Assembly: GCF_041261265.1 (NCBI RefSeq)
Contig: NZ_JBGCCA010000031.1
Location: forward strand, 1 to 64,000
Source of the DNA: Streptacidiphilus sp. MAP12-33
Lineage (GTDB): Bacteria; Actinomycetota; Actinomycetes; Streptomycetales; Streptomycetaceae
Direction of reading: 5' to 3'
Length of the DNA: 64,000 nucleotides
Numbering within the stretch: position 1 is the first letter of the stretch; each line of letters opens with the position of its first letter. Under the pieces are notes generated by a model, which ran no database searches, was not told the DNA's origin, and saw only the letters and a program-made list of their open reading frames with translations. Of this stretch, positions 9,524 to 18,508 are shown piece after piece. The position numbers and the translations under genes were made by a program.

Positions 9524-9814
9524 CTACGAGTGGTCCAGCACCTGGGGACAGGTGAGGTCAATCCAGATCCATGGTTCGTGGTGCCACGTCCGTATCTCGC
9601 CGACGATCACTGAAATGACGCTCCCCACCGGCGGGAGTTCTTGCGCGAGTCGGCGCACCTCAGGCTCGCTGCCACGTCGGATGACGTCCATGGATGCGCC
9701 CACGGGCTCGAACCCGTGGATCTTCGCGGTGACACCCCAAGGCCAGTGGCCTGTGATCGTTGCTTCGACTTGAGCACCCTGCGCGAGCTCGCTCAGTGGG
9801 CGTTCGTCAGACAC
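9524..9814 (-). CDS. Hypothetical protein (96 aa), AICE-1 cargo
   Basis: Six-frame ORF with no recognisable motif. Confidence 0.35.
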   Translation of the reverse strand: MSDERPLSELAQGAQVEATITGHWPWGVTAKIHGFEPVGASMDVIRRGSEPEVRRLAQELPPVGSVISVIVGEIRTWHHEPWIWIDLTCPQVLDHS

Positions 9815-10058
9815 GACACCTCCTCTTGGCGCTCACTATAGGGAGCGGCTTTACAGACCGCTCCGCGATCCGGCGGGTCATCCACCCTGACCTGCGAGGA
9901 GTCGTCTTGCGCCCTACGTATCGGGGCTTCTGGTCCGTGACTGGTCCGGATCTTGAACGCCGGCGGCACTGGGTCCTGCATCACGCTCGACGAGGGAGCT
10001 GATCTCCGATCGTTGAAGTTAGTAGGCTCGCGTGCCAGTTGAGATCTAGGGGTGGGCC

Positions 10059-11249
10059 ATGAGGATCAGAGACCTGACGAGTGCCACTGCGGTGGAAAGG
10101 GCACTCGCTGAGTACAACGACTTGGGTGGGCAGCGTTTCCGCGACAAGCACAAGTTCGGCCCCTCGACGCAGTACTACCTCAGTCACGCTGACCTGCTGT
10201 ACGACGCCAAGGCGATCGCCGGCGTCGCTTACGGCTACCAGCATCGGACCAGCGGTCCGTTGTCAAACGACCAGTTCGATGGTGGCGAGGCGGCCACAAA
10301 CCCCGTACTGCGCGCCATGGGGTTCACGGTCCTCAACAGCCACACGGAGACCGTAGACGCAGAGCGGGAGTGGCGCCTGGCTGTGTGGCGGAATCTGCTC
10401 GGACGGCGGGACAGCTCCGGGCTGGTCACCGCGGACGCCATTCGCTCAGTAGGTGCATACGGCAACTACCGTGGCATCTGGACAGACAAAGCCCGTACCC
10501 AGAAGATCCATCCCGACGGCGTGACGATCGGACTCAAGCACACCGGCCAACACTACCCCGACGACCTGAACGAGAACGGAGCGCTGTACCACTACCCGGT
10601 CACACGGCAGCCAGGCCGTGACCTCGGTGAAGTCAACGCCACGAAGGCGGCCGCCACGCTGCGGCTTCCCCTGTTTGTGATCACCGAGCATGGCGACCTC
10701 CGAGGCGTACACCTTGCATGGGTAGAGGGCTGGGAGGACGAGAGCAGCCTGTTCCTGGTCAACTTCGGCGAGACCCCGCCCGTACAAGTCCTGGACCACG
10801 ACCGCTCAGAGGAGCAGCCGTTCCAGCTCGAAGGCAACAGACGCCGCCGACGGAACGGGACTGTGGTCACACGACCGGACCAGGCCCGATTCAAGCTCGA
10901 AGTGTTCCAGCGGTACGGTCCACACTGCCCCCTCTCGGGGATCGCGATTCCCCAGATGATCGAGGCAGCCCACCTCCGAGGCGACGCTGACGGCGGTACC
11001 TCCGACGCCCGCAACGGCCTGCCAATGAACGCGGCACTTCACAGGGCCTTTGACGCCCACCTCTTCGCCATCAACCCTGACACCCTGACCGCAGAGGCGC
11101 GCCCTGGAGGACCAAGCCTGGGAGCCATGGGCATCGTGCACCCAAAGCTTGCCCTGGACCGCCAGCCGCACCCAGAGGCCCTTCGGTGGCGCTACAACGA
11201 GTGGCTGCGCTGCACCGGCCGAGAAGCGGAAGTACCAGCCGACGAGTAG
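10059..11249 (+). CDS. HNH-family nuclease with N-terminal putative modified-DNA reader domain(s). Candidate type IV (modification-dependent) restriction enzyme
   Basis: The C-terminus 'CPLSGIAIPQMIEAAHLRGDADGGTSDARNGLPMNAALHRAFDAHLFAINPD' matches the HNH_2 / McrA-like nuclease motif (C..C, AAH, NGL, HxxFD). The upstream domains have no catalytic motif. The region has lower GC than the flanks. Confidence 0.7.
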   Translation: MRIRDLTSATAVERALAEYNDLGGQRFRDKHKFGPSTQYYLSHADLLYDAKAIAGVAYGYQHRTSGPLSNDQFDGGEAATNPVLRAMGFTVLNSHTETVDAEREWRLAVWRNLLGRRDSSGLVTADAIRSVGAYGNYRGIWTDKARTQKIHPDGVTIGLKHTGQHYPDDLNENGALYHYPVTRQPGRDLGEVNATKAAATLRLPLFVITEHGDLRGVHLAWVEGWEDESSLFLVNFGETPPVQVLDHDRSEEQPFQLEGNRRRRRNGTVVTRPDQARFKLEVFQRYGPHCPLSGIAIPQMIEAAHLRGDADGGTSDARNGLPMNAALHRAFDAHLFAINPDTLTAEARPGGPSLGAMGIVHPKLALDRQPHPEALRWRYNEWLRCTGREAEVPADE

Positions 11250-11667
11250 GCAGACTGGTTACGCCAGAAGCCCCGCTCCATTCGGCGCGGGGCTTCTGCG
11301 TTGGTTCGCTCGGCAAGGTTCAAACTGCAACCTTTGATCCGCAGCTCTTGCCGGACGAGTCATTCGTGGACAACCGCGCCTGTGGGGCGGCAGACTCCCC
11401 AGGCCATGCAGCAGCAACGTGAGTTGCTGTCCCTCACTGCTGTACGCGACGACTGCCGTCATACAGCGCAGTCCGTGATCTGAAGTCACTCACGTGCTTC
11501 AGCGAGCGACTCCGATGGCAGCAATCGAGACTCATCCTCTACAGCCGCGATGTAGTCGCCCAGGGTCAAGTCCCCGGCCGCAAGCGAGTAAGCCAGCAAG
11601 CTGACTGGCTGCTCAGCCATGCCATTCCCCATCCTTCGGCGTACTCGTCGAGCAAACGCAACGCACG

Positions 11668-12054
11668 CTAGTGGCTGCTGTAGTTGATCGTCAGAATCGC
11701 CACTACCCGGTGTGCGTCCCCGTCGGCCTCAACGCGGTACTCATCATTGAACTGGTAATCGATGCGGGCCGCACCACTTACCTCGTAGTGAGTTGTCCGC
11801 GACCACCCCGGCCCCTGCGGCTTGCCGGCCTTTCCTCGCAGGATGCAGGTCGATGCAACAGGTGCCGGATTGCCAGGATCGTGGGACACGTGATCCCAGA
11901 ACTGTTGAGCCTGCTGCAACCCAACCCGATCCGCCAACTGCTCATACAAGCGCTTGAACCGCCTGTGAACCAAGACGCGATATTTAGGCTGCTCGTCTGG
12001 CTTTCCACCAGGACGCCTGGCCGGCTCATGCGGGTCGTAGGCGCTGCTACTCAT
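11668..12054 (-). CDS. YoeB/Txe-like (RelE/ParE superfamily) toxin
   Basis: 'RGKAGKPQGPGWSRTTHYEVSGAARIDYQF...HRVVAILTINYSSH' resembles the YoeB 'GKGKPEPLKHNLSGFWSRRI...' core. It overlaps the upstream antitoxin ORF by 8 bp. Confidence 0.55.
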   Translation of the reverse strand: MSSSAYDPHEPARRPGGKPDEQPKYRVLVHRRFKRLYEQLADRVGLQQAQQFWDHVSHDPGNPAPVASTCILRGKAGKPQGPGWSRTTHYEVSGAARIDYQFNDEYRVEADGDAHRVVAILTINYSSH

Positions 12055-12511
12055 CTTCGGGCCGAGGCGCGGTCACGAAGTCTGCGGGGTCGTGTTGGCC
12101 GAGCAGGATACTGCGCCGCAGAGGGTCTTCCAGCTGTCGGGCGGTGGTCCGCCAAGCCTGCAGACAGTCCTCTAGGACGCTGACGTGACCGTCTGCATGA
12201 GCTGCCGTGAGGGCCGCCTGGAGCTCCGCAAGGAACTCCCGAAGATCCTCATCGTCGAAGACTCGAAGCCATGCCAGGTCACCGAGAGCACTGACATCTC
12301 TGCCTGCTCCGCGGCTGATGATTGCCTCCAGGCGCACGGCTGCTTGCGACCAATCCGCCAGGGTCTCTAGCAGGTGCAGGCGACTCTCAGGCAACATGAC
12401 CAGGCTAGTGCCATCCTTGTCGCGGACCCTCGCGAGGCCGCTACGCGCCGCTGTCAGGAGCTCAACTCGCTTGGTAGCTAGATCGCTGGCTTGAAAGATG
12501 GTGTCAGTCAT
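12047..12511 (-). CDS. Phd/YefM-family antitoxin (N-terminal domain) with an extended C-terminus
   Basis: The N-terminus 'MTDTIFQASDLATKRVELLTAARSGLARVRDKDGTSLVMLPESR' is a typical YefM/Phd fold signature. It sits immediately upstream of, and overlaps, the toxin gene. Confidence 0.6.
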   Translation of the reverse strand: MTDTIFQASDLATKRVELLTAARSGLARVRDKDGTSLVMLPESRLHLLETLADWSQAAVRLEAIISRGAGRDVSALGDLAWLRVFDDEDLREFLAELQAALTAAHADGHVSVLEDCLQAWRTTARQLEDPLRRSILLGQHDPADFVTAPRPEDE

Positions 12512-12550
12512 AGCTCCTCCTGTTTGCTAGGATCCTACGTACGATCGTGA

Positions 12551-13876
12551 TTGTCAACGTGGCATCCGGGTGACCCGGCCAAGGTCAGGAGGTGGCGCAA
12601 CTTGAGCGGGCCAAGGCCGTTTGACGCGCGCGAGGCACTGATGTGCGAGACCGACAAGAACCCCGGCACCTCATGGCGCACAGTAAGCCTCGTCACTAGC
12701 CTCAGACACCTCCTCGCCCGCAACCAAGAGGCAGACAACACCTCCCAGGAATCTCGGGCAGATGCCCTCCGCGCGATAGCCAGCGAGCTGACACGCCGCG
12801 GCATCGATGCCGACTCCCTGATTCGCTACGGGCTCTGCATTGAGGTTTTCTCCCCACTTCTCGGTGCCGCGATCCTGAAGAACATAATCCCCAAAAAAGA
12901 CCTGGGGAGGATCCTCGGACTTAGCCCCGAAGACCTGGAAGCTTGGCGCGATGTTCTCGACATTCAAGCGTCGGTCGCGCCAGCGCCAGGTGATGATGAC
13001 TTCGCAGGGTTCGTCCAAGTCACCATCGAGTCGTTTGGGCCGCGAGTGATTACATGGATCCTCTACGCCCCCGTAGATGACTTGATCACCTTGCGCCCGC
13101 CGCAGCCGGCAGAGCTAGAAGAGGCTCTGAATTTTGCCGACCCGTCCGCAGAGCTCATAAAAGAGTATCGCTGGGTTGTCGATCGCTTCTCAGAGACATT
13201 CGTGCGGGATTGGTCGGAGCATTCCCTTCGACAGGAGTACCTGTGGATCCAAGGGCGCGCCCTGCCCCCCTGCCCTCCCGCGCTGATGGGGGATCGGCTG
13301 GTCACTCGCAGCGAACTGGAAGCTGAGATAGCGCGCCGCGCCGTCCTGCCGCCCACCGAGCCGTCGCCGTTGGAGTCAGTCGACTCCGGGGGGAGGCTCG
13401 TCATCGAAATGGAGAACCACGCGCGCCTGCTGCTCTCCGAGGGCCGTTATCGCGAGGCAGCTGCCCTCTTTGAGTTTGCCGAGAAACGGCGCCCCGAGGA
13501 CCCTTCGATTCACAACGACATGGGGTTCTGTCTCATTCCAGTAAACTCTCGCGAGGCCCTCAAGCATCTCAATTCTGCCGCAGCACTCGGATACCATCCC
13601 GCAGCAATCAATACATACAACATCATGTGCTGCCAGTTCGACGGGCGGGACTTTCACTCCCTCGTTGGCACGGCCGGAAAATATTGGGATACCCAGCTGG
13701 AGAACCGGGCCACCCCCGGAACTTTGTGGCGCTGGAGCAGCAGGGACTCATGGCAACTGGTGAATACAAAGGACGCCAGAAAGGCGATCGCCACGCTGGC
13801 TCACCAGGTTTGCACCACCGAAGGCTGGAAGGAGCTCGAACAGCTTTGGTTTGATCGGCTTGAAGAATTGGCGTGA
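12551..13876 (+). CDS. Hypothetical protein with a C-terminal TPR-like repeat, lower-GC cargo of unknown function. The start is uncertain (possible TTG at 12602 with an AGGAGG RBS at 12587-12592, or ATG at 12641)
   Basis: Six-frame ORF of 441 aa containing 'EGRYREAAALFEFAEKRRPEDPSIHNDMGFCLI' (TPR-like). GC is about 55-58% against a backbone above 70%. It is divergent from the TA pair. Confidence 0.55.
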   Translation: MSTWHPGDPAKVRRWRNLSGPRPFDAREALMCETDKNPGTSWRTVSLVTSLRHLLARNQEADNTSQESRADALRAIASELTRRGIDADSLIRYGLCIEVFSPLLGAAILKNIIPKKDLGRILGLSPEDLEAWRDVLDIQASVAPAPGDDDFAGFVQVTIESFGPRVITWILYAPVDDLITLRPPQPAELEEALNFADPSAELIKEYRWVVDRFSETFVRDWSEHSLRQEYLWIQGRALPPCPPALMGDRLVTRSELEAEIARRAVLPPTEPSPLESVDSGGRLVIEMENHARLLLSEGRYREAAALFEFAEKRRPEDPSIHNDMGFCLIPVNSREALKHLNSAAALGYHPAAINTYNIMCCQFDGRDFHSLVGTAGKYWDTQLENRATPGTLWRWSSRDSWQLVNTKDARKAIATLAHQVCTTEGWKELEQLWFDRLEELA

Positions 13877-14406
13877 TTGCTCTACCGGGCCGACCAGTCC
13901 CGGAGCCGTGTTTCTGCGCGTCGGTGCATTCCCACCACTCCCCCCCTGACATCCCGTCCGCCGTCGACCCACACGCACGTGGAGCGGGCTTGCCCCCTGG
14001 GGTCCAGATGGAGCGCGCCACTGTACGAACGATCTGGACCCCAGGGGGCAAGTCTGCTCGGCTCTGCCTGGGTCGATGGCGGTCGGGATGGCAGTCCCCT
14101 CCCCAGCCCCTACGGCCTGCACCCTCGGCACGGCCCGGTCATCCCGGTGCCGGCTGATCCCCTGTCGTCCAGACAGTCAGTCCGACTCTTGCCCCTGCCT
14201 CCGCTTGCGGTCCGCCCCGCCGGGCGGCGCGGGGCGAAGACAGGAGCGCGCCCGAGCGGGGGCGGGCCGCGCCGCGCAAGCGGCGTGGTCCCTTGATTCA
14301 GTAGAGAAAGTCATCACCACTCCCCTCTCCACCTCATCTCACCTCGAACGATTCACGTCAACCACGCTGCCGCGCTTGGCGCGCTCGCCCCGTACTGCTC
14401 TTCTCG

Positions 14407-14829
14407 TCAGGCCTCGTCGTCCGCAGAGCGGACCCAAGCCAACTGCGCCTCGCTTAGCGGCGGATCGAACCCTTCGGGGAACATCAGCATCCGTTGGTCC
14501 GGCCAGATGTTCACAGGCCCGTGCCCTTCGCAGTGGTGGGCAATGAGGTGGGGCCCTTCCCCGCATTGCTCGTGTATGTACGGACGTTCGTGGGTCTGAC
14601 AGATGGACCAGTAGAGCGAACACTCGTGGTCATCGGCATCCGGCGGGTCGGCGAACCCAGGGTCGCGGACAATGACCGTCACCCGCTCCTGCTTGTTGAA
14701 GCGCGGGATGGGTCCAGGGTCGCACCACAGCAAACGAGGGGGCAGCACCTCAGCTCGCCTGCTCCTGATCGAGGAGCACTCGCCCGTCGTGAGTTCGGAC
14801 CAGGGGCGCATAGTCATCGCGCAGCGCAT
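14407..14829 (-). CDS. Hypothetical Cys/His-rich protein, overlapping and downstream of the NUDIX gene
   Basis: Six-frame ORF. It is co-directional with the nudix gene and overlaps it by 80 bp, so its start is probably internal. Confidence 0.35.
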   Translation of the reverse strand: MRCAMTMRPWSELTTGECSSIRSRRAEVLPPRLLWCDPGPIPRFNKQERVTVIVRDPGFADPPDADDHECSLYWSICQTHERPYIHEQCGEGPHLIAHHCEGHGPVNIWPDQRMLMFPEGFDPPLSEAQLAWVRSADDEA

Positions 14830-15196
14830 CGTGGATGCGGACGGCGTAGACCTGGCCCATGCTGGCGGTGACTTCCTCCGGGGTCAGCCACTCAACCGCG
14901 GCTGTCTCATCCGAGAGCTGTTCGTGCCCGCTTTCAGGGTGGCAGCGGAAGACCAGAGCGACGACGCCCCTCGCGAGGTTCTTGTAGACGCCGGTCAGAC
15001 GCTCCACGCCGACCTTGATGCCGGTCTCCTCGTAAACCTCTCGGCGAACGCCGTCCTCGATCGTCTCCGTGAGTTCCAGCACCCCGCCCGGCGGCTCCCA
15101 GGTGGCGTTATCGGCGCGCTGAATGGCAAGGATGCGGCCATCCTCACGGACGACGACTCCGGCGACGGACACGGAGTGCTGCGGCGTGGTACTCAT
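14750..15196 (-). CDS. NUDIX hydrolase (MutT-like), a typical AICE gene
   Basis: The Nudix box 'GGVLELTETIEDGVRREVYEETGI' is present. Confidence 0.8.
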   Translation of the reverse strand: MSTTPQHSVSVAGVVVREDGRILAIQRADNATWEPPGGVLELTETIEDGVRREVYEETGIKVGVERLTGVYKNLARGVVALVFRCHPESGHEQLSDETAAVEWLTPEEVTASMGQVYAVRIHDALRDDYAPLVRTHDGRVLLDQEQAS

Positions 15197-15197
15197 G

Positions 15198-15211
15198 TAC
15201 AGGAGACTAGG
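15198..15211. promoter_or_regulatory. Putative KorSA operator 'ctcaTGTACAggag' in the nudix/kor divergent promoter region
   Basis: A near-palindrome centred on TGTACA. Its exact reverse complement occurs at 16097-16110. Confidence 0.5.
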
Positions 15212-15225
15212 GGACGGTAAGGACT

Positions 15226-16008
15226 ATGGGGAACGTAGACGCGGCCTCGGCTTCGGGCGCACCGAAGTACTTGCAGATCGCAGAGGACCTGGCCGCGCAG
15301 ATCCGTTCAGGCGGGCTGGCTCCGGGGGACCCGGTGCCGAGTGAAGCTGAGCTGATGGCCCGGTACAACTCTGCGTCGGGCACCGTGCGAAAGGCCGTGG
15401 CTGAGCTGCGGACTCAGCAGCTCGTGGAAACTCACCACGGGAAGGGCTCGTTCGTGCGCCGGCGTCCGCCGGTTCAGCGGAAGTCCTCGGATCGCTTCCG
15501 GCGTTCACACCGACAGGCGGGCAAGGCTGCCTACATCGCGGAGGTCGAACAGTCGGGCGGAGTCCCCTCGGTGGCGGTCCTCCATGTCGGCGCCGCGCCG
15601 GCTCCAGAGGGCATCGCCGCGCGGCTCGGGGTGGAGCCTGGCACGAAGGTGCTCGCACGTCGCCGGCGCTACTTCTTGGATGGCACCCCGACCGAAGAGG
15701 CCACGTCCTACCTGCCGTGGGATGTGGTCAAGGACATCCCAGAGATGTTCCAGGAGAACCCCGGCGGCGGTGGAATCTATGCCCGACTTGAAGAACACGG
15801 CTACCGGCTCGCCGACTTCACCGAGACTGTGCGGGCACGGCTGGCCACCAAGGCTGAGGTGTCGGCGCTTGCCCTGAGCCCTGGCGCGCCGGTGCTGCAT
15901 CTGATCCGTGATGCCCGCACGGTGGACGGGCGGGTGGTCGAGGTCTGCGACACGCTCATGTCCGCTGACCAGTTCGTTCTTGATTATCGCTTCGCCGCTG
16001 GCGACTGA
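15226..16008 (+). CDS. GntR-family transcriptional regulator, KorSA-like (kil-override) repressor
   Basis: It has an N-terminal winged HTH 'APGDPVPSEAELMARYNSASGTVRKAVAELRTQQLVETHHGKGSFV' and a UTRA-like C-terminus. Palindromic operators flank the gene. Confidence 0.8.
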   Translation: MGNVDAASASGAPKYLQIAEDLAAQIRSGGLAPGDPVPSEAELMARYNSASGTVRKAVAELRTQQLVETHHGKGSFVRRRPPVQRKSSDRFRRSHRQAGKAAYIAEVEQSGGVPSVAVLHVGAAPAPEGIAARLGVEPGTKVLARRRRYFLDGTPTEEATSYLPWDVVKDIPEMFQENPGGGGIYARLEEHGYRLADFTETVRARLATKAEVSALALSPGAPVLHLIRDARTVDGRVVEVCDTLMSADQFVLDYRFAAGD

Positions 16009-16062
16009 CGGAGCCTCAACCTCCGTATCCCGTCCCGAGATTCTTTCCGGGGCGGGTTTACT

Positions 16063-16110
16063 TATGTACAGGAGTAGGGCACTCTCTAATCATCGCTCCT
16101 GTACATGAGT
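16063..16110. promoter_or_regulatory. Inverted pair of the same operator motif (cttatgtacaggag ... ctcctgtacatgag) upstream of the pra-position gene and traSA
   Basis: Two copies in inverted orientation are separated by 20 bp, immediately upstream of the 16145 ATG. Confidence 0.5.
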
Positions 16111-16144
16111 GCAGGAGAAAGCCTCATCTAGAGGAGTCGGCTCA

Positions 16145-16489
16145 ATGCCTGCCTTCAAGATCGACCTTTCGACCGCAGTCGTCTTCGTCGCCGTCGGACC
16201 GGCGCCCAAGCTGAAGAACAAGAAGACCGGTGAGCTCGCCACCGACGCGGTGACCGGCGCCGTGATGCACACCGTGGGTCTGCTGGTCTCGGACGAGGGC
16301 GACGGGAACCTGCTGACCGTGAGCGTCCCGGAGTCGGGCCTGCCGCCCGAGGGCATCGCCGTCGGCACCATGGTCGCGGTGACCGGCCTCAAGGCCCGCG
16401 ACTGGGAGAACGAGTTCAACGGCGAGAAGCGGCACGGGATCGCGTTCCGCGCCATGGCCGTCACCCCGTTCGCGCCGGCGAAGGGCTGA
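16145..16489 (+). CDS. Hypothetical protein in the pra position (possible OB-fold / ssDNA-binding-like)
   Basis: The ORF begins 'MPAFKIDLSTAVVFVAV'. The tail 'WENEFNGEKRHGIAFRAMAVTP' is reminiscent of SSB OB-folds. It lies between kor and tra, as pra does in pSAM2. Confidence 0.4.
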   Translation: MPAFKIDLSTAVVFVAVGPAPKLKNKKTGELATDAVTGAVMHTVGLLVSDEGDGNLLTVSVPESGLPPEGIAVGTMVAVTGLKARDWENEFNGEKRHGIAFRAMAVTPFAPAKG

Positions 16490-16494
16490 TCGCG

Positions 16495-17880
16495 GTGAAC
16501 GACCTCCTCGCTCTCATCGAGACCGGCGCCCCGTTAGCCACCGTCGCGGGCGGTGCCCTGTACACCCGCAGCCACGCCCCGCGCGCGTACTGGTCCGCGG
16601 TCGGCCTGCCGGCCACGCTGGTCCGCATGCGCCGGGACTGGGCGGAGACCATGGACGCCTGCGGGCTCGCCACCGAGCCGCCGCTGTGGCGGATCCTGGC
16701 TACCCAGCGCGGTGACAACGCCGTGCGGCGCCCGGTCCCGCCAAAGGTCCGCATGGTACAGCCCTCGACCATGGGCGTCCGGGTCCGCATCCGGCTCGCC
16801 AAGGGGATGACCACGGAGACCGTGTCCAAGGCGGCTGAGGCTCTGCGGCACGCCTGGCAGGTCCACGCGGTCTACGTGACCGAGGTCCGCCCCGGCGTCG
16901 TCGACCTCCGCATCATGGGCTTCGACGTGCTGGCGAACGTCGTGGTCCCGTCCCGGATCACCGCGAAGAACACCGGCCCCGTTCGGGTTCCGGTCGCCCT
17001 GGCCTCCGACGGCCGGCCGTACGTCCGCGACTACCGCGCGGTTCCGCACGGCCTGACCCTTGGGGCGAACCAGTCGGGCAAGTCCATGTTCGCCCGCAAC
17101 CTGGTCCACGGCCTGGCCTCTCAGCCGGTCGCCCTGTGCGGGATCGACTGCAAGAAGGGCGTCGAACAAGCCCCCTTCGGCCCGCGGCTGTCGGCGCTTG
17201 CGATTGACCCCGACCTTGCCCTTGATCTGCTGCGGGTCCTGGTCAACGTCGAGATGGCCCGCCGCTACGACCTGATCCGCGACCACCTCGGCATCCCCGG
17301 CACAGTCGGCGACGGCGAGATAGCCGCCGACGTGTGGGGCCTGCCCGAGCCTCTGCGCCCCGTGCCGCTGGTGCTGATCGTGGACGAGATCGCCGAACTG
17401 CTGCTGTCGACGAAGAAGAACGACCCCCGCCGAGACGAGACCATCACGCTCCTGGTCCGCTTCGCCCAGCTCGCCCGCGCCGCCGGCATGTACCTGGAAG
17501 TCATGGGCCAGCGCTTCGGTGCCGACCTCGGCCCCGGCGCCACCCTGCTGCGCTCCCAACTCACCAACCGCGTCGTCCACCGCGTTAACGACACCGAATC
17601 CGCCCGCATGGGCCTCGGCGACGTCTCCGATGAGGCGATGCACGCGGCCACCGCGCTCAGCCCCTACCTGCCCGGCTGCGCGATCGTCGGCGACACCTCC
17701 GGGCAGTGGCAGCGCATCCGCACCCCGTACCGCTCCCTGTCGGAGACCGCCAGGCACTGCGCCGCGCACGCGCACCTCGTGCCGGACCTGCCCGCGCTGA
17801 ACCCGTTCCGCCCCGTCCCGCCGGCCGACGCTGTGCCCGAGGACGCGCCGGTGTACATCCCGGCCCCCGCCGCCTCGTAG
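16495..17880 (+). CDS. FtsK/SpoIIIE-family dsDNA translocase, TraSA-like conjugal transfer protein
   Basis: Walker A 'LGANQSGKSMFARN' and Walker B 'LVLIVDEIAELL' are present, in a typical AICE position. Confidence 0.8.
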   Translation: MNDLLALIETGAPLATVAGGALYTRSHAPRAYWSAVGLPATLVRMRRDWAETMDACGLATEPPLWRILATQRGDNAVRRPVPPKVRMVQPSTMGVRVRIRLAKGMTTETVSKAAEALRHAWQVHAVYVTEVRPGVVDLRIMGFDVLANVVVPSRITAKNTGPVRVPVALASDGRPYVRDYRAVPHGLTLGANQSGKSMFARNLVHGLASQPVALCGIDCKKGVEQAPFGPRLSALAIDPDLALDLLRVLVNVEMARRYDLIRDHLGIPGTVGDGEIAADVWGLPEPLRPVPLVLIVDEIAELLLSTKKNDPRRDETITLLVRFAQLARAAGMYLEVMGQRFGADLGPGATLLRSQLTNRVVHRVNDTESARMGLGDVSDEAMHAATALSPYLPGCAIVGDTSGQWQRIRTPYRSLSETARHCAAHAHLVPDLPALNPFRPVPPADAVPEDAPVYIPAPAAS

Positions 17881-17965
17881 CGGTCGAGAACGCCCCTGGT
17901 CGGCGCCCCTGCGCGCCAAGTCCCTACCCGAGCCATGCCCGAAACCACTTCGAAAGGACCCTCCC

Positions 17966-18259
17966 GTGACCGTCCACCTGGGCTTCTACGCCGCCGCCGA
18001 CACCACGGTCAACCTGCACGACTACGGCACCGAGCGGACCCCGATCCTCTCCCTCGGCAACATCGCCGAGCACCTGACCATCAGCGCGCTCGACAGCATC
18101 CCGCTGACCGACCACCTGACTTTCGCCCGGCACCTCGCCGCCGCCGCGGCCGACTACCTCGCCGCGCTGGAGATGTACGCCGCCCAGTCCGCGCCGATCA
18201 AGCCCCGGCGCCGCAACCGCCGTCGCCGTCCGCGCGCCGCCGCGAAGACAACGGCCTGA
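17966..18259 (+). CDS. Spd-like small hypothetical protein
   Basis: ORF in the spread-gene region with an Arg-rich C-terminus. Confidence 0.4.
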   Translation: MTVHLGFYAAADTTVNLHDYGTERTPILSLGNIAEHLTISALDSIPLTDHLTFARHLAAAAADYLAALEMYAAQSAPIKPRRRNRRRRPRAAAKTTA

Positions 18260-18261
18260 CT

Positions 18262-18432
18262 GTGGCGACCCGACGAAAGCCCGCCGCCAAAGCACCACCT
18301 GTGTGCCCCTCCTGCGCCGGTACCGGACAGGTCGCCGTCACCGTCCGGGTCGGCCGCAAGCGCCGCAACGCCGGCCAGCAGGAAGGCATCTGCCTCGGCT
18401 GCTTCGGCTCCGGCACCGCCGACCCCGAGTAG
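18262..18432 (+). CDS. Small CxxCxGxG zinc-ribbon protein (56 aa)
   Basis: GTG start directly after the preceding stop. The sequence is 'CPSCAGTGQVAV...CLGCFGSGTA'. Confidence 0.35.
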   Translation: MATRRKPAAKAPPVCPSCAGTGQVAVTVRVGRKRRNAGQQEGICLGCFGSGTADPE

Positions 18433-18508
18433 TCCGATCGCCGGAGTCGGGCGGCCGGCCAAACGCCCCGCTCGCCTCCGGTCCCAACTGTGAACGGAGA
18501 AAGCTCCG

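Noticed and set aside
9843-9857. 'ctcactatagggag' resembling the T7 promoter core inside AICE-1
   Set aside because: It is a 13-14 nt chance match without the upstream TAATACGA. There is no phage T7-like context.
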